Assembly: GCA_013265495.1 (NCBI GenBank)
Contig: MU058065.1
Location: forward strand, 1,387,527 to 1,451,526
DNA length: 64,000 nucleotides
Source of the DNA: Vicugna vicugna
Lineage: Eukaryota
Direction: 5' to 3'
Notes under the pieces: generated by a model
Seen by the model: only the letters and a program-made list of their open reading frames with translations
Database searches by the model: none
What the model was told of the DNA's origin: nothing
Shown here: positions 25,560 to 38,473 of the stretch, in pieces
How the letters are laid out: every line of letters starts with the position of its first letter
Position numbering within the stretch: the first letter of the stretch is position 1
Program-made: the position numbers and the translations under genes

Positions 25560-25743
25560 AGCTTTACTTGAAAGTCAAATGCTTTCTCACTTGCCAACCA
25601 TAAGCTATTGGAATGTGAAATTAAAAATGCAACACAATAGCATGAAAAAATTGAAATATTTAGGTATAAATCTAACCAAAAATATACAGGATCTGTTTGT
25701 GAAAAACTATAAAATTGATGAAAGAAATTAAAAAAAAAAAAAA
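25560..25743 (+). mobile_element. LINE-1 ORF2 fragment
   Basis: ttgaaatatttaggtataaatctaaccaaaaatatacaggatctgtttgtgaaaaactataaa = LKYLGINLTKNIQDLFVKNYK (YLG motif of L1 RT). Confidence 0.85.
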
Positions 25744-26689
25744 GGTTGCTGAGGCAGGGTTCCAGAGAAGGTAAAACTTAAGAAATCTGCCAGATGGAGA
25801 AGGTAAAAAAGTTTAAGAAGATTCCAAATAAGAGAAAAGGCAAAATTGATGAAATGCCAGCACAACTCACACAAGCAGTCTAAGTTGTATGACACAGACA
25901 CACTCCCATCCTGACACACATTTACATCCACCTGGAGAGGAGGGGACCATTTCTGATGTGTCATTGGCTGATGGATGGATTACTGAAGAGAACACACCTA
26001 CTGAATCACAGCACAGACGGCTCTCTGAGTATTACTACATACTCCCCAGTGAAGGGTGGGGGTGGGGTCATCAGGGGTTCACCTCAACACAGAAAATATT
26101 TGAACATACTCAGTTCCTCAAAGCAGTACATTATATGCCCTTCTGGATAAAGTGAGAGCACATTTTGGATTAGCGTAAGTTCAGCAAGAACAAGGAAGAG
26201 CACGTTCAAATTGCCTTTAAAAGAAGTGGTCCTTATTCAAGAGAGATTAATAGGAAAACACTTGAAAAATGATGAACAAAGCTAGGTGTCTGTCAGGACG
26301 TAGTAGATGTTTTTCACGGAAAGATTATTATCAGTGGAATAATGAGAATTCATGCATAATCAAAAGAGAACAAACGAGATTTGGAAAAAAAACATTTTTA
26401 TGTGTTTTACAATCCAATTTTAAAGGTTAGAAAACTATATGGAATACTATGTTATTGAAAGATAGCTTTCTTCCTTTCAGTAAATGGTTGTATAAGCGAA
26501 CTAAAGTAACTTGGTAAACCAGTAGATTTGCCCATCCTAAAAATTATTATTTTTATCATCTAAAAAAAGGACACAGAAAAAATTCAGCACAGGAAAGCAA
26601 AACATAACTCTAATTATCATGCTATGTTTTCTAAAATATGAATTATTTGTGATTACTTCTATAGCAAATTATGACAATGATAGCTTATT

Positions 26690-27257
26690 TCTGCCCGGTG
26701 ATTTTTCCCATTTCATTTTGGTTTCTGTGGGGAAAGTGTCCCTTCCTCCATGCCATGTGATTCTAGTAATATCATGAAACAGAGTGCCTACTCAACTCCT
26801 AGACAAAGAGGTAAGCATGTCACCCAAGTCCTGTCAGTCATGACACTGTAGCTCCCTGTCACCAGTAATTGGCTCAAGGGTGGGTGTGTACCACAACCAG
26901 GACCAATCAGAGGACTGCTGTTCTATTTATTGGCCCTAAAGAAGAGTTTCTCTTCCTTTTAGATTTCCCATTGCAAAGATAGTCTTAGAGCTCTTCCAAA
27001 TTCTCTTTCCTGCAGCAGGAGAGAATGAGGTTAACCAGAGAAAAGCAACTTTGGAGATGGAAAGAAAAAGATCCTTGGTAACTTTATTTTGATTGGGCCA
27101 CTAAATCAATCATGCTTGGACTTCCTGGCTTTATGAGACAAAAGGGTTTTCTTTGTTTGTTTGTTTGTTTTCTCTTGTGTTTTGTTTTGTTTTTATTTAA
27201 GGGGAAGTTTGAGTTGAGTTTCTGTCAGTTACAGAAAAAGTTTTCCTGATCACAATA
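26690..27257 (+). mobile_element. MLT1K-like MaLR LTR
   Basis: gcatgtcacccaagtc...cagtaattggctcaagggtgggtgtgt...ggaccaatcaga...gagttgagtttctgtcagttaca...cctgatcacaata. Confidence 0.75.
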
Positions 27258-29149
27258 TCTTTTCCCTTGAAAATATGACTTAAATGAATAGTAATATGAC
27301 AAGATAATAAGAGAGTTACTTTAAAAGATAATTATGAAAGAAACTCAGGGCTGGTTCTGTATAGCTCCGTTGTCACCAGGGTCTACATCTATTCTAGTGG
27401 GTCAATCACTACGCTTAAACAATTGTTTGAATATTTTGTATGTCATCTTTGAATCTAAACTTGAAGACAGAGAGGAGACCAGATATATAAAAGTGGTAAT
27501 GTTTTGGAAACTATAAAATGCTCTAGATAGGTTAACTATTGATGATTTCCTTCAGATAATCCATGGGACCTTATACATCTTCATTCTTTAAGAGTTTGAT
27601 AAGGAAATGCATCTCCAAGAGGAATCAAGTGTCTCTTACACGGTGTGACTTGCTCCAGTGCATCAACCAGTGCGTTCCCAATGCTGATGCAAGTCAGCTG
27701 AAGACAAGCAGAGAGGCTCATTAATCCAAGGTAAAAATATCGACAGCTTATGGCCAAATAGCCTAATGAATTCTTCTGTGCTCTATTCTTTGAAATGTAT
27801 TACTGTCCCATTCATACTGGGGAAATTAACACTTCCCGTGGAGTCAGATGCTACCCTCATAATTTTTAATAAACTATTCATTGAGGTCATACCTAGCTTC
27901 TCCTTCTGTAGTAAGTACACTATCAGTGTATTTATTTCATATTTGTATTTTTGTCTTGGTAATTTAGTAACCAAATTTTTCTAATGATTTCTATTTCCAT
28001 ATGTAACTTTTATACATTTATATATGTATGTGTAATATTTATATCCTTACACCATAAGGTAAAATCAACTCTTTTTCCTCAGTCTAGCATATACAGTATC
28101 TCACCATCCCTAACGAATGATGACTTTAAACTAAAACTGTTGTATTTACTTGTGTATTTTATTTGTGTCTTACATTTACGTCTGACTATATTCTTCTTTT
28201 CGCTTTTTGTGGGTCTTAACATCACACTTTGATCCTATTTTTACATTTCCAAAATTTCTGATGTGAAGTCAGCAATTCAATCTTCATGCAAATTGCTATG
28301 TAAACCTAGATTTTAGTGATTTATACAGGATAAAAATAATTTAAAGCCTCTCATGAAGTTACCATTTTGTTTTCCAAATCCTCTCTTCTTTCCAGATGAC
28401 AAAGATACGATCTTCTGTCCATGAAGATAAATGCTATCTTTAAGGAATTCAATGTATTTTCTTTTACAACCCTTATACAGTTGTAAATATATTTCTAATA
28501 TGTATTTGTTTCCTTGGGGGGGGTCCTTCTGCTCCACTTGGAAGACTGACAATCATATCACTTGAGCCCTGTCCCATCAATGTCAGTATGCAGCTGGGTT
28601 TCCAAATATAAAGAGACTAAAACTCAGATCTATAGCATTCAAAGTTGTGTATATAACACCTGATGCTAAGATACTGAATAAAAGCTCACAACATCACACA
28701 TAAAAGCAAAATCAGACAAAACGAAAAACAAAAGTTTTCGAAGTTTTTTTAAGTCAGGACAGCATAATGATCCAAAATCTCAGACACTCCGGCAGGAGTT
28801 CAGATTATTATAAACACAAGGAAGAAAATCCATAGTGGGCTTTTGTATATGAGTTTAGGTTTTGCCTACACATGCCAGCAATGCAGTCAGGTTCTCTTCC
28901 CAACGGAGCTCATGCTGTTTCTCCCTGCAGAGACAGAAATCAAAAATTGGAACAGGGGTGATTTATGTTCCTGAACCTTCCAATCGAAGATACCCTATGC
29001 TACCTTTAAGTCAAACAGCAGGGAAAAAATAAAAAAGAGGTTTCTGATGCTAGACACACTGAGGTTAGTCTGCACAATATTGAAACAACTAATTGATAAA
29101 ATGAAAAATGTACTCAAATTGGTTGCTTGGTAAAGGAAAATATAGAAGA

Positions 29150-29345
29150 GTATCTGCACAGGGACCCCTTTTATAGCACGTAGCATGTTTGTAAGTCTGT
29201 TTCTACAATTACACTAACCTCTTTAAGAAAAGGCTTATGTATGACACTTTGTTCTATTGCCCACATTCCTAGCAGGCAGCCTGGTTGAGAGTAAGTACTC
29301 TACAATTTGTTGTTGGCTGAATGGATGGATGAATGAGTGAGTGAA
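29150..29345 (+). mobile_element. L2 extreme 3' end
   Basis: cctagcaggcagcctgg...gtaagtactc...tttgttg followed by a tgaatggatggatgaatgagtga tail. Confidence 0.7.
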
Positions 29346-30259
29346 ATGTTGTTCTCAGGCACCTCACTGTTAGGGTGAACTAAATTTTGTCCAAATTTTT
29401 ATGCCTAGTATCAGTCAAGAATTTTTGTCACCTGGTAGTGTGCCCAGAGACCACTATGCTAATGGGCCTAGGTAACCATTTTTAAGTGATTGAGAATGTG
29501 AATGTCATTGTGATGAAAAAAAAATTTAAACACGTCAAGCATCAGAGTAAAGAATATACTGTTTTCTTTTCCATTAGCCACAAAGGAGAAGGGAGAGGAA
29601 AGCATGAAAAGCCTCATCTTCAAACAAATCAAATATGAGATGTTCGCAAGGGATCTGTTTAAAAAGGAAATTGTCTTCTCTGACCTTTGCAACATCCATG
29701 AAAGATCATATACTCAAGGCATCAGAAAGATTAAAGGTGTGTTTACTGAGAATTAAGACTAGTGACAAAGCAGACTTCGTTTTGCAAAGAGACCACTTCA
29801 CTCTGACTCATGAAACACTGAGTTGTAGAATGCGTGCCTGCCTCTGACCAGCTTGGAGTTCACACACAACGCAAAGGGTGATACCGTAAAAATACAGTGT
29901 ATTTTAGAGAGAAGAGGGTATGTAAAAGGTAATTAGCAAGTCTGACCTTTTGAAACACTCATCCATTTTTCACAGCTTAAAAGTACTGATGTTTTCTTAC
30001 TTCTTTTTTCACTCAGAATTGTCCTGATAACTAGAAAAGAGTATATTCTGCCTGTCCCTCCCAAACCTAATAGGCTGTGTCCTATGTCTCTGCATGTGAA
30101 TACACACTCATACACATACATGCATATACCAACCAGCAAGGAGCAAAATGCCTTCATTCTCTCAGCTCAGAAAGACAGGATAATTTCTCTCCTCTTCAAA
30201 TCAGAGCTCCTTGAAAAAGTAGCTTATTCCTGTTAATTCAGTCCTCATGTTATGCATAC

Positions 30260-32620
30260 TTCATTCAACAATAAATATTTGTTTTGGACCTCATCTTGCC
30301 AGAAACTGTTTATGCTGGGAAATCAACACTAAGCATCACAGAGAAAAGTCCTTAGATGTAAGTATCTCCCATCCCAGTGTGAAGGGTTTAGATGACAAAC
30401 AACATGAATAAGTAAAGAATCTAGTACATCACTTCTATGGATGAAAAAGTAAATCACGGTAAGTATATCGAAGCTCTGAATGAGACAGCAATTTTTAATA
30501 AAATGGTTACAAGATGAGCAAGGACTTGATGAAGGTGCAAGTTTTAGCCAAGGGGCTAGGGGAACACTCCAGGTAGAGAGAAGAGCCAGTGCAGAGGTTT
30601 GATGGTGGTGTGTGTCCATTGCCTTCGAGAAACAACAGCAGGACACCAGTGTGGATGGAGGAGCTGAGGTCACAGAGGGAAAGAGGGCACCAGACTACAG
30701 CCTTGTAGCTACTGGTTTTACACTGGTTTTAAACCAGTTTGAAAGGAGACTGGCTTTACAGCATTTTGAACACAGCAGTTGACATGATCTAACTTGAAAC
30801 AGATCTTTAAAAATGTTTGATGTTAATGGCTCAGGTTGCATTTAATGAATAATAAACCACCCTAAACTTGGTGTCTTAAATCAATAAACACTTTCTCAGG
30901 TCATGATTTGGAGACAGAATTGGGATGAGCTGGTCTGTGCTTCTACTGGTCTAAATGAGGTTCATTTCTCTGTCTGTGGTCAGCTGCTGGTCAGCCCTGT
31001 GACTCGGCTTCTGGAGGTTGGATGGAGATCAGCCTGCAATAACAGGGCAACTGAGCACGTGCATCAGGCTAACCTGGGATTCTTCTCTTCAATGTGATCA
31101 CAAGGGTTTCCAAGAGCAGAAAAAGGACAAATCCAAATAAATGCACGTCTACTTTTCAAGTCTCTGCTTGCATCATGTTAGCTCATGTCCCATTGGGCAA
31201 AGCAAGTCTCACAGCTAATCCAACTTCATGAAGGATAAAAATAGACTTTATATTTTGATGGGAGAGAATGAATATTCAGCCATTATTTCAGTCTCCTGCA
31301 GCTGACATTAGACTTTTGGAGGGGGACAGGGGTGCGGAGAACAAAAGTAGGATCCAGTTGTAAGGCTTTTGTGATAATCCAGTGAAAGGTGCGGTCTTGG
31401 ACAGGGCAAGAAGCACCTGCTTTCTGAATGTATCTTGAAGCTTGAGCCAAAAGAATATTCTGGCAAATTGGAACTGCAGTATGAAATAAACAGAAGAGTC
31501 AAAGGTTAAAGAAATGTTCTGGACCTGAGCAACTAGAAAGATGAAGTGGCCTTAATTAGTAAGAGCAAGTTTTCTGGGAGGTTGTGAAATTCACTTTGTG
31601 ATTATTAAGTTAACGATGCTTATTAGACACCCATGTGAAAAAGATGAATTGAAGGAGGTAATTTAAATTAGAGTTCAGTGGTGAGGTCCAGTCTTTAAAT
31701 ATAAATTTAGAAGTAGGCAGGATGCATATGAGACTGGATCAGATAACCAAAGGAGTATGCTTAGACGAATTAAAAGCAAGATCCAAGGATTAAGGCATCC
31801 CAAAATTAAGACTTCTGAGAGAAGAAACCTTTACTCCTAAGAGACAATCAAAGAGCTGTCAGTGTAATAAGGAAGCGAACCAGAAGCATGTGCTGTGCAA
31901 GTCAAGTGAAGAAAACATTCCAAAGACAAGAGCATGTTCAATTGTGTATCTAAAGCTGCTGGTAAGTGAAGGGAAATGCATGCTGAGAAGTCCATTGGCT
32001 TCCACAGCATGAAAGTGATTTACGACTTTGACAAGCATAGTTTCTAGGATAGTGATGGGTGGAGACATTTAGGAATGGGAGGATAGAGACAGAAGATAAT
32101 GGAAGTAGGTAACCCTTCCTAGGAGTTTTGCCATCAAGGGGAGCAGAGAAATGGGGGGACAACTGAATGGGGGAAATGAGTTTAAGAAAGAATATGGAAG
32201 ATGGGGGAAATGACTTGTTCGTATGCTGACTGAAATGATCAAGTGGAATGTCAGAAAACAGAGATTACAGGCGAGGGAGGCAAGCATCGTGGAAGAAATT
32301 TTAGAGTAAGAGAGAGAGTGCAAGATCTAATGCTAAGGGGACTAATTTCGATTGGCTGTAGAAATAAGCAGAGGTAGGAACCCGAAGGAGGGTATTATAT
32401 GGGAACATGTGTGATGATGGGAGGTTGTGAAGTTTCTCCTCCAATTGTTTCAATTTTCTCAAGTGAACAAAAATCAAGGTCATCAGTGGGGCGTTAAACT
32501 AGAAGAGGAGGTGTTGTAAGTGTGGAGGGTGGGGAATGAAACAGTACTGAGGAAAGTATGTGTATGAGCCATGAACTGGGCAAATGCAGTATGATCAGCT
32601 GCATTAAAGGCCTGTTTGGG
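30260..32620 (-). mobile_element. Long L2 LINE with readable RT fossil, interrupted by an MLT1 LTR
   Basis: Minus ORFs give PISLLPLMAKLLGRVTY and ETMLVKVVNHFHAVEANG...TIEHALVFGMFSSLD..WF, matching L2/CR1 RT RPISLLPF.SKLLERVVY and ETALLKVTND..DTVDH.LLL..L..LG..WF; 3' end ttcattcaacaataaatattt. Confidence 0.88.
30820..31290 (-). mobile_element. MLT1H/I-like MaLR LTR nested in L2
   Basis: taataaaccaccctaaacttggtgtcttaaatcaataa...ctacttttcaagtctctgcttgcatcatgtt...tcccattgggcaaagcaagtctcacagc. Confidence 0.8.
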
Positions 32621-32639
32621 GTTCACGATTGTTCATTTA

Positions 32640-33480
32640 TTTTTTTCTTTAATTTTCCACACAGCAAAATGTACTCTTTTTGAAGTAGAGTTCAATGAGT
32701 TTTGACAAGTACATAGAGTCCTATAACCACTTTCACAAACAAGATACAGAACATTTGTATTAACTCCCCCCAAATTCCTGCATGCTACCATTTTTCGTCA
32801 ACCACTATCCCCATCCCCAGTCTCAGGTAACCACTGATCTCTTTTACATCTAATTTTTTTTCTTCTAGAAGGTCATGGAAATTAAATTATTTGTTACATT
32901 TTATGTCCAGCTTCTTTCACTTAGAATAATACAGTTGAGGTCCATATATACTGCTGGTTGTATCAATAGTTATTTATTTTTGTTGCACGGTAGTATTCCA
33001 ATGTGTGTATGAGCCGCTGTTTGTTGATTCAGTCACCAGGTGGAATCAGTTATGAATAAAGCTACTATAAACATGTAAAGGCTTTTGTGTAAACAGACAT
33101 TTTTATGTGTCTTGGATAAATGTCTAGGAATGGGATTGCAGGATCATATGGTAAGTGCATGTTTAAGTTTATAAGAACTTGTCAGAAGTTGAAAATTAAC
33201 TTTCCAAGTGGCTGTACCATTTTGCATTCCCATGAGCTATGCTGGAGATACACTGGAACAAGAGTTCCAGTGGCTCCACATCTTTGCAAGCACTTGGTAT
33301 GGTCAGTTTGTTGCGATTTTTTCTAGCTGTTCTAAAGATGTTTAATGGAATATAATTGTGGCTTTAATTTTTGTTTTTCTAATGACTAATAATGTTGAAC
33401 ATTTTTTTTCATATGTTTGCCATCTTTATATCTTCTCTGATAAAGTGTATGTTTAAAAATTTTGCCTAGTTTTCTCAGGT
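32640..33480 (-). mobile_element. Old LINE-1 3' end (L1MC/ME-like)
   Basis: gttcaatgagttttgacaa...ggtaaccactgatct...ctaggaatgggattgcaggatcatatggtaag...ttccaagtggctgtaccattttgcattccca...taatgactaataatgttgaacatt. Confidence 0.9.
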
Positions 33481-34230
33481 AATTTATTTTCTCCATATGG
33501 CTTTATGTCCCCAGTATGAAGAGTAGATGGATCGGGGAGACAAGGAGAGGAAGCAGGGGTGACCAATTACCCAGTGAGGACCATTTTTCATGCTATTTCC
33601 ACGCCTCTGGACTTTGTAGAAAAGTCCTGGTCCCCACAGGGGTGGAGGCACTCTTATTAGGAGACACTTCAAAGGTTTTATTGAACAGCAGGCTCCAGCA
33701 GCCACCTAGCACTTTGGACTTCTTGCATCAGGGATCTAGGAGGCAAGAAGAGGAATCACCATCTTGGGGTAGTAATTTCTCTGATCATCGGGAGGAGGCA
33801 GGGCTGCTGTTACACAGTGGGGCAGCGAGGAAGAGGTATGGAACCCACGTAATCCACCTGAGTGCCTCTAGGTGCTCACTCACCCACCTGTGACAAAGGC
33901 AGGAGCCTCAGCCTGAGAAACACATGGTTTCTGGGTTTCAGACCTCTCAGATGAACCATCAAGACCTGCAGCGGTGACAGCTGAAGGCCAGGGGGATTTA
34001 GAATATACAGCGAGGAGGGAGACAAGGAGTGCTAGTTGGAGATGCAAGACTAGTTTCAGTTGGGGGAGAAGGGCTCTGGTTCATGCCACTAATGTCCCTC
34101 TTCGGGGGTTCTTCTCAGGAAGAGAAGCCCACTGGAATCCTGGAGGGGCTGCTTCTCAAACCTGCACTGGATCTCTGCAGAGCGAGGTCTCCACTGTGGC
34201 CACCATGGAAGGACACAGCTGGGCTAACCC
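33480..34230 (+). mobile_element. ERVL internal 3' region with frameshifted dUTPase remnant
   Basis: 33695-33880 reads HFGLL..ARRGITIL / DHREEAGLLLHSG / EEEVWNP, matching ERVL dUTPase HFGLL..QAKKGVTVL.GVIDPDY..EIGLLLHNGG.EEYVWN. Confidence 0.8.
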
Positions 34231-34670
34231 TTGAAGAAATAACAACATACAGCTATAAAGAATGGAGTCAGCTGACCACTTCCAGCTTTAGCGTCTTCAA
34301 GACCAACCCCAGTTTTCAAGTTCTTCCCAGACAGCCACTAGCCAATAATTCAGCAGAATGGAGATCATCTCAGGGCCTGGCCATTTCAGTCCAGTGCAAG
34401 ACGCTCCTCTTAGAGAATTTTTGCTGTACGTTTTCTGTTGGGTGGGCTGAGATGGTCAGGACTACTGCAGAGTCTGGGACTCTTCCTACCCAGCTCTGCC
34501 TCCTCCCCACTTTCCTTTCATGGACAATAGATTTGGCTTGCTTTCTAAAGGACTTACCTACCCAGCTCTGCTCCCTGCTCCTTCATCTTTCATGAGCATC
34601 ACTGCACAATCAACCCCTGGCATTCCCAGTTCCGTCTCGGCTTCTGCTTCCAGAGAAGCCAAATTGATAT
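34230..34670 (+). mobile_element. LTR16-family 3' LTR
   Basis: Follows the ERVL internal region; duplicated cctacccagctctgc; ends ttccgtctcggcttctgcttccagagaagccaaattga. Confidence 0.7.
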
Positions 34671-36329
34671 CCTAGCCCATCAACAGGACAGCCAGACATG
34701 CATAATAATAATGTAAATGAATCATCTGTAATATTTGTGCTCACTTTTAATTATAAAACCACACCCTTTCATTAAAAATCATTTCTTGCTATAGTTATAT
34801 CTATCAAGATATGAGAGAAGACTGTAATATAGTCAACTCTATTTTAGCTTGATTTATTCATTTTAAATATTCAGGCAAATAGTATGTATCTATCTCTATT
34901 TGTACACTTGTTCTTGGCCCATAAATATTAGGGATGAGCAGGGCTAGGAGAGAAAAATTGTGGCACAATTAAGAAACACTACGTTACAAAGAGAACTCAA
35001 GCACTCCCCAATGTCTGTTGTCATATTTTATAGATGTTTACCTTCTAGTATCAGCCACACTCCATCCTTAGAAAACACTCAGACTAGCAGTCACATCAGA
35101 AATAACTTTCTGGGAAGCCCCAGGCAAAGAAAGGCCCATAAGGCACTGATTCAGAGATGCCTCATCCTATTAATGAATCTGAATTTACTGGGAAATGACT
35201 TTGTGCCTTCTTCCACTCTGACAGGTGCTGTGAGCATGCAGAAGATGCATGAATCACAGCATTTAGACAAAAAGAAAACAGAAAAAAAAGCTTACAATCT
35301 GGCTGGAAAGAGAAGATTCAGTAATACCAACTCCAGCCCTGAGTGTCATTGTGCAAACTGCACGTGAAAATTCATCTTCTGAATTTAAGCCATCCACGAG
35401 GATAAATCAGCGTAATGCATCACACAGTCAGACGCGACCCTAGCTCACACCCGCTCTGGGACCCCTCTGAACAATGCCCTCTCCTTTTCCAAATCTGACT
35501 GCATCCCCACCCTTATTCTTAGGACAAGGGGGCTTCAGACAGCATGGATGAAACCTCCCTCCAGTCATCCTGACACTAGTCTCCGTATTAATCATCTCAG
35601 GAGTGAAAAAGAATTTGTCTCCACAGATGACTCAAGCCCTTTACAGGAAAGGTTGTAGGTAATGGCATCTTTTTGCTGACGTTCAGATATGAGCACTTAG
35701 TTATCTCACAGTAAGTGAATTAAGATTTGAAGCACCTTTTATAAAAGCAACCAGATAGGGTCAGTGTCCATTCAGGACCAAGCCCTGTTCCTAGCAGCTC
35801 CGTCACCAACGCCCTAGCCCCAGCCTGCCAGGAGCACGAGCAGAAGGCTCTTATCAAGAATCATTTATATCCCTTTGTCCCAACCCCACAGGCTCCCTGT
35901 ATAACTTATAAACAAACAGTTCTCTAATATGCATCTAAGTCTGAAATTAGAAGACCGTCTATTTTGGTTCACAAAACATCCAAAAAATATTTCTCTCTTA
36001 GCAAGGAGACGAGTGAATGATGCAAACCTAAAATGTGACAATTACACTGTAAGTAATTGGTCTCCATCTTTCCTCCTCTTTTGAATTCACAGGAGGGACA
36101 GAGACCATGTAGGTGTTTTCAGAAGAGGTGGTTGCCTTCCCTCGATAGGACCTTCTCTCTCTTCAATCATACTCTTTTATAGTCATTCAGAGAAAAGGGA
36201 AGGAGCAGTGAGGCTTTAAAGATACCAAACAATTTACAATAAGCTCTAGTCCATTAAGCTGTAACACGACACACCAGTGTGAAATTCAGAACCATTTAGG
36301 CTAACATCTAAAACGAGGTAAGGTGGTAT

Positions 36330-36515
36330 ATCTGAAAGATCCCAGCTCCTAAACCCTGACATAGACTGGCTGTGCAAATTTCAGGCTTTCTAATCCATGT
36401 TTATCTCATTATAAACTGGGGCTATTAACCCTCATCCAGCAGAGTTGCTGTGAAGTCCTATAATACAATATAAAAATGCCCAACGTAACATCCAATGGTA
36501 AATGTTGGTTGCAAT
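36330..36515 (+). mobile_element. MIR SINE
   Basis: atcccagctcc...ggctgtg...tgtttatctcattataaactggggctatt...cagagttgctgtgaag core. Confidence 0.6.
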
Positions 36516-36597
36516 TAGAAATAATATTAACTAAAATGTGCTAAGTGATAGGCATCATGGGAAAGAACCGTAGGAGGTAGATACACCGGTCTACACC

Positions 36598-36746
36598 TAG
36601 GGTTGCCAGATAAACTCCAGGATGCCCTGTTAATTTGAATTTAACATGCCATGCAATATCTGAGACACACTAAAAAATTCACTATGTATCTGAATTCAAA
36701 TTCAACAAAGTATCCTGTATTTTTATTTGCTAGACCTGACAACTCT
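36598..36746. mobile_element. MER53 palindromic hAT MITE (internally deleted)
   Basis: tagggttgccagataa...caggatgccctgttaatttgaattt / gaattcaaattcaacaaagtatcctgtatttttatttgctagacctgacaactct. Confidence 0.85.
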
Positions 36747-36771
36747 TTTATTCCCATGAGATGACTAGACA

Positions 36772-36850
36772 CAGCATTTCTGAAGACACTCGCCCAGAGT
36801 CATAGAGCTAGATCTGGCTCTGGGAAAGTGTCTTCAGAGCCAGGGTGCTG
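36772..36850 (+). other. Long stem-loop, pre-miRNA-like geometry
   Basis: 24-nt arms 36779-36802 and 36815-36838 with 21 Watson-Crick pairs, 1 G:U and a 2x2 internal loop; 12-nt loop; basal cagcatt/ggtgctg stem. Confidence refers to a functional RNA; the inverted repeat itself is certain. Confidence 0.35.
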
Positions 36851-37944
36851 AAACCTTGCCCTCCTCTCCTAGTGTCTTCATTCCTGTAAGACACGGTGGC
36901 AATAAATTCAGGAGGCTTAGGCCACACTTCTCTCTTCCTCAGGACGCCAGAAGACTGAGTCTCTGCTCATCCTAGTCTGGAATTCCTCATTTATGAGGTT
37001 CCAGCAGGCGTCTAGGCAGTGACACCAAGGAGCGTAGGACAGGAGACCACGTGAGTAAGGTTCTATCGCATTTATTACCTACGCTGACTTGACCGAGACC
37101 AATGGGAAAAGCTGCAGGGGGAGAATTAAAGAATATTTTACTAAACATGATACTTAGTGCAATTGCTGAACCTACAACAGTAAGTTTCTCTTTGAGCCTT
37201 CATGGTTCATTCTGCATTCAACTTTGCTCGGGGAACCAGCCTGCAGGAACACCCTGTCTCACGCAGCTGGCGCAGTTTGGACTCGGAGACTTCCTCCGCA
37301 GCGGAGAAGGTGAGTGAGTAACGCGGGCTGTTTCCCTGACCTTGGAGGAAATATGGAATCACTGGTGTGAAGAAACAACACAAAACTTTCACCCGTGGGA
37401 AGACTGTTGATTCTGCCAATGGTAATTAACTACAAATTGACAGAAAAGGAATGGATATTCAGAAAATGCCAAGAAAGCTTCAAACCCCATCCTGTGGCTT
37501 GTTCAATTATTAAAAAAAAAAAAAGGGAAATAACCATTTGTTCCAGTCTCCTCTGTCATATGTCTTTTGCTAGAGGCTAAGCCACAAGTTAAAGCCAGCA
37601 CAGATCTTTCCGTCCCTCCTTTCCTATCACAGTTAGTGTGAATTATAGTAACTTCTAAAGAATTAGGTTGTGTTGAGACAGTCCTTGAACCTCATAAAGA
37701 AGATCTTAAGCATTTAGTAGACATTACGATGTCTGAGAAGCAAGTTGTTGACCAAGGCCCATTGATTGATGTGTGCTATTCACGTCTAGCCTTTGAAGAT
37801 AAGCACGGTGGTTGGAAATTCTGAGGACTGAGTCCTACCCTGCTGACATCTGCACCTCTTTGTGTAGACTTGGACAAGTCACTTACAGGAACTTCTCTGG
37901 AATGTGTGTATACATACACAACACACAGGTATCTTCTAACTGAA

Positions 37945-38400
37945 TGTATTGTGAGTTGAAATGTGTCCATCTCCTACCCAAAAGGCACGTTGAAGTCTTC
38001 ACCCCCAGTATCCGCAACTGAGACCTTATTTGAAAATAATACAGATTAATCAGGTTAAAATGAGATCCTACAGGATTAAAGGGGGGGTGGGCCAACTCCA
38101 ATGACTGGTGTGTTTATAAGGAGAAAGAGATCCAGGGCCACACAAAGAGAAAAGAAGGTCAGGTGCAAGCACAGGCAGAGACTGGAGTTATGCTGCCACG
38201 AGGCACTGCTGAGAACTGCTAGGAACTAGAAAAGGCAAAGAAAGGATTCTTCTCCAGAGCCTTTGAAGGGAACTGGGCCTTAGGACACACTGATTTCAGA
38301 CTTTTGGCCCCCAGAACTCTGAAAGGATGAATTTCTGTTGTTTTCAGCCACTCAGTTTGTGGTAATTTGTTGTGGCTACCCTAGGAAAATGGTCAATACA
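37945..38400 (+). mobile_element. MLT1C-like MaLR solo LTR
   Basis: gagttgaaatgtgtcc...gaccttatttgaaaata...aatgactggtgtgtttataag...tgatttcagacttttggcccccagaact...cagtttgtggtaatttgtt...ctaggaaa...aataca. Confidence 0.9.
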
Positions 38401-38473
38401 CACACACGCGCACACACACAGACACATAAGCGCACACACAGACACATAAGCACACACACAGACACACATACAC
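38397..38473. repeat. Interrupted (CA)n microsatellite with a higher-order cacacacagacacataag unit
   Basis: Direct reading. Confidence 0.9.

Noticed and set aside
25889..26155. 88-aa ATG-initiated ORF
   Set aside because: No recognisable homology, promoter or splice context
27556..27729. AG/GT-bounded candidate coding exon downstream of the 20552 ATG
   Set aside because: Early stop codons in all three phases; at most a non-coding exon
34029..34595. 188-aa plus-strand ORF
   Set aside because: Runs across an ERVL internal/LTR boundary, non-ATG start, no protein motif
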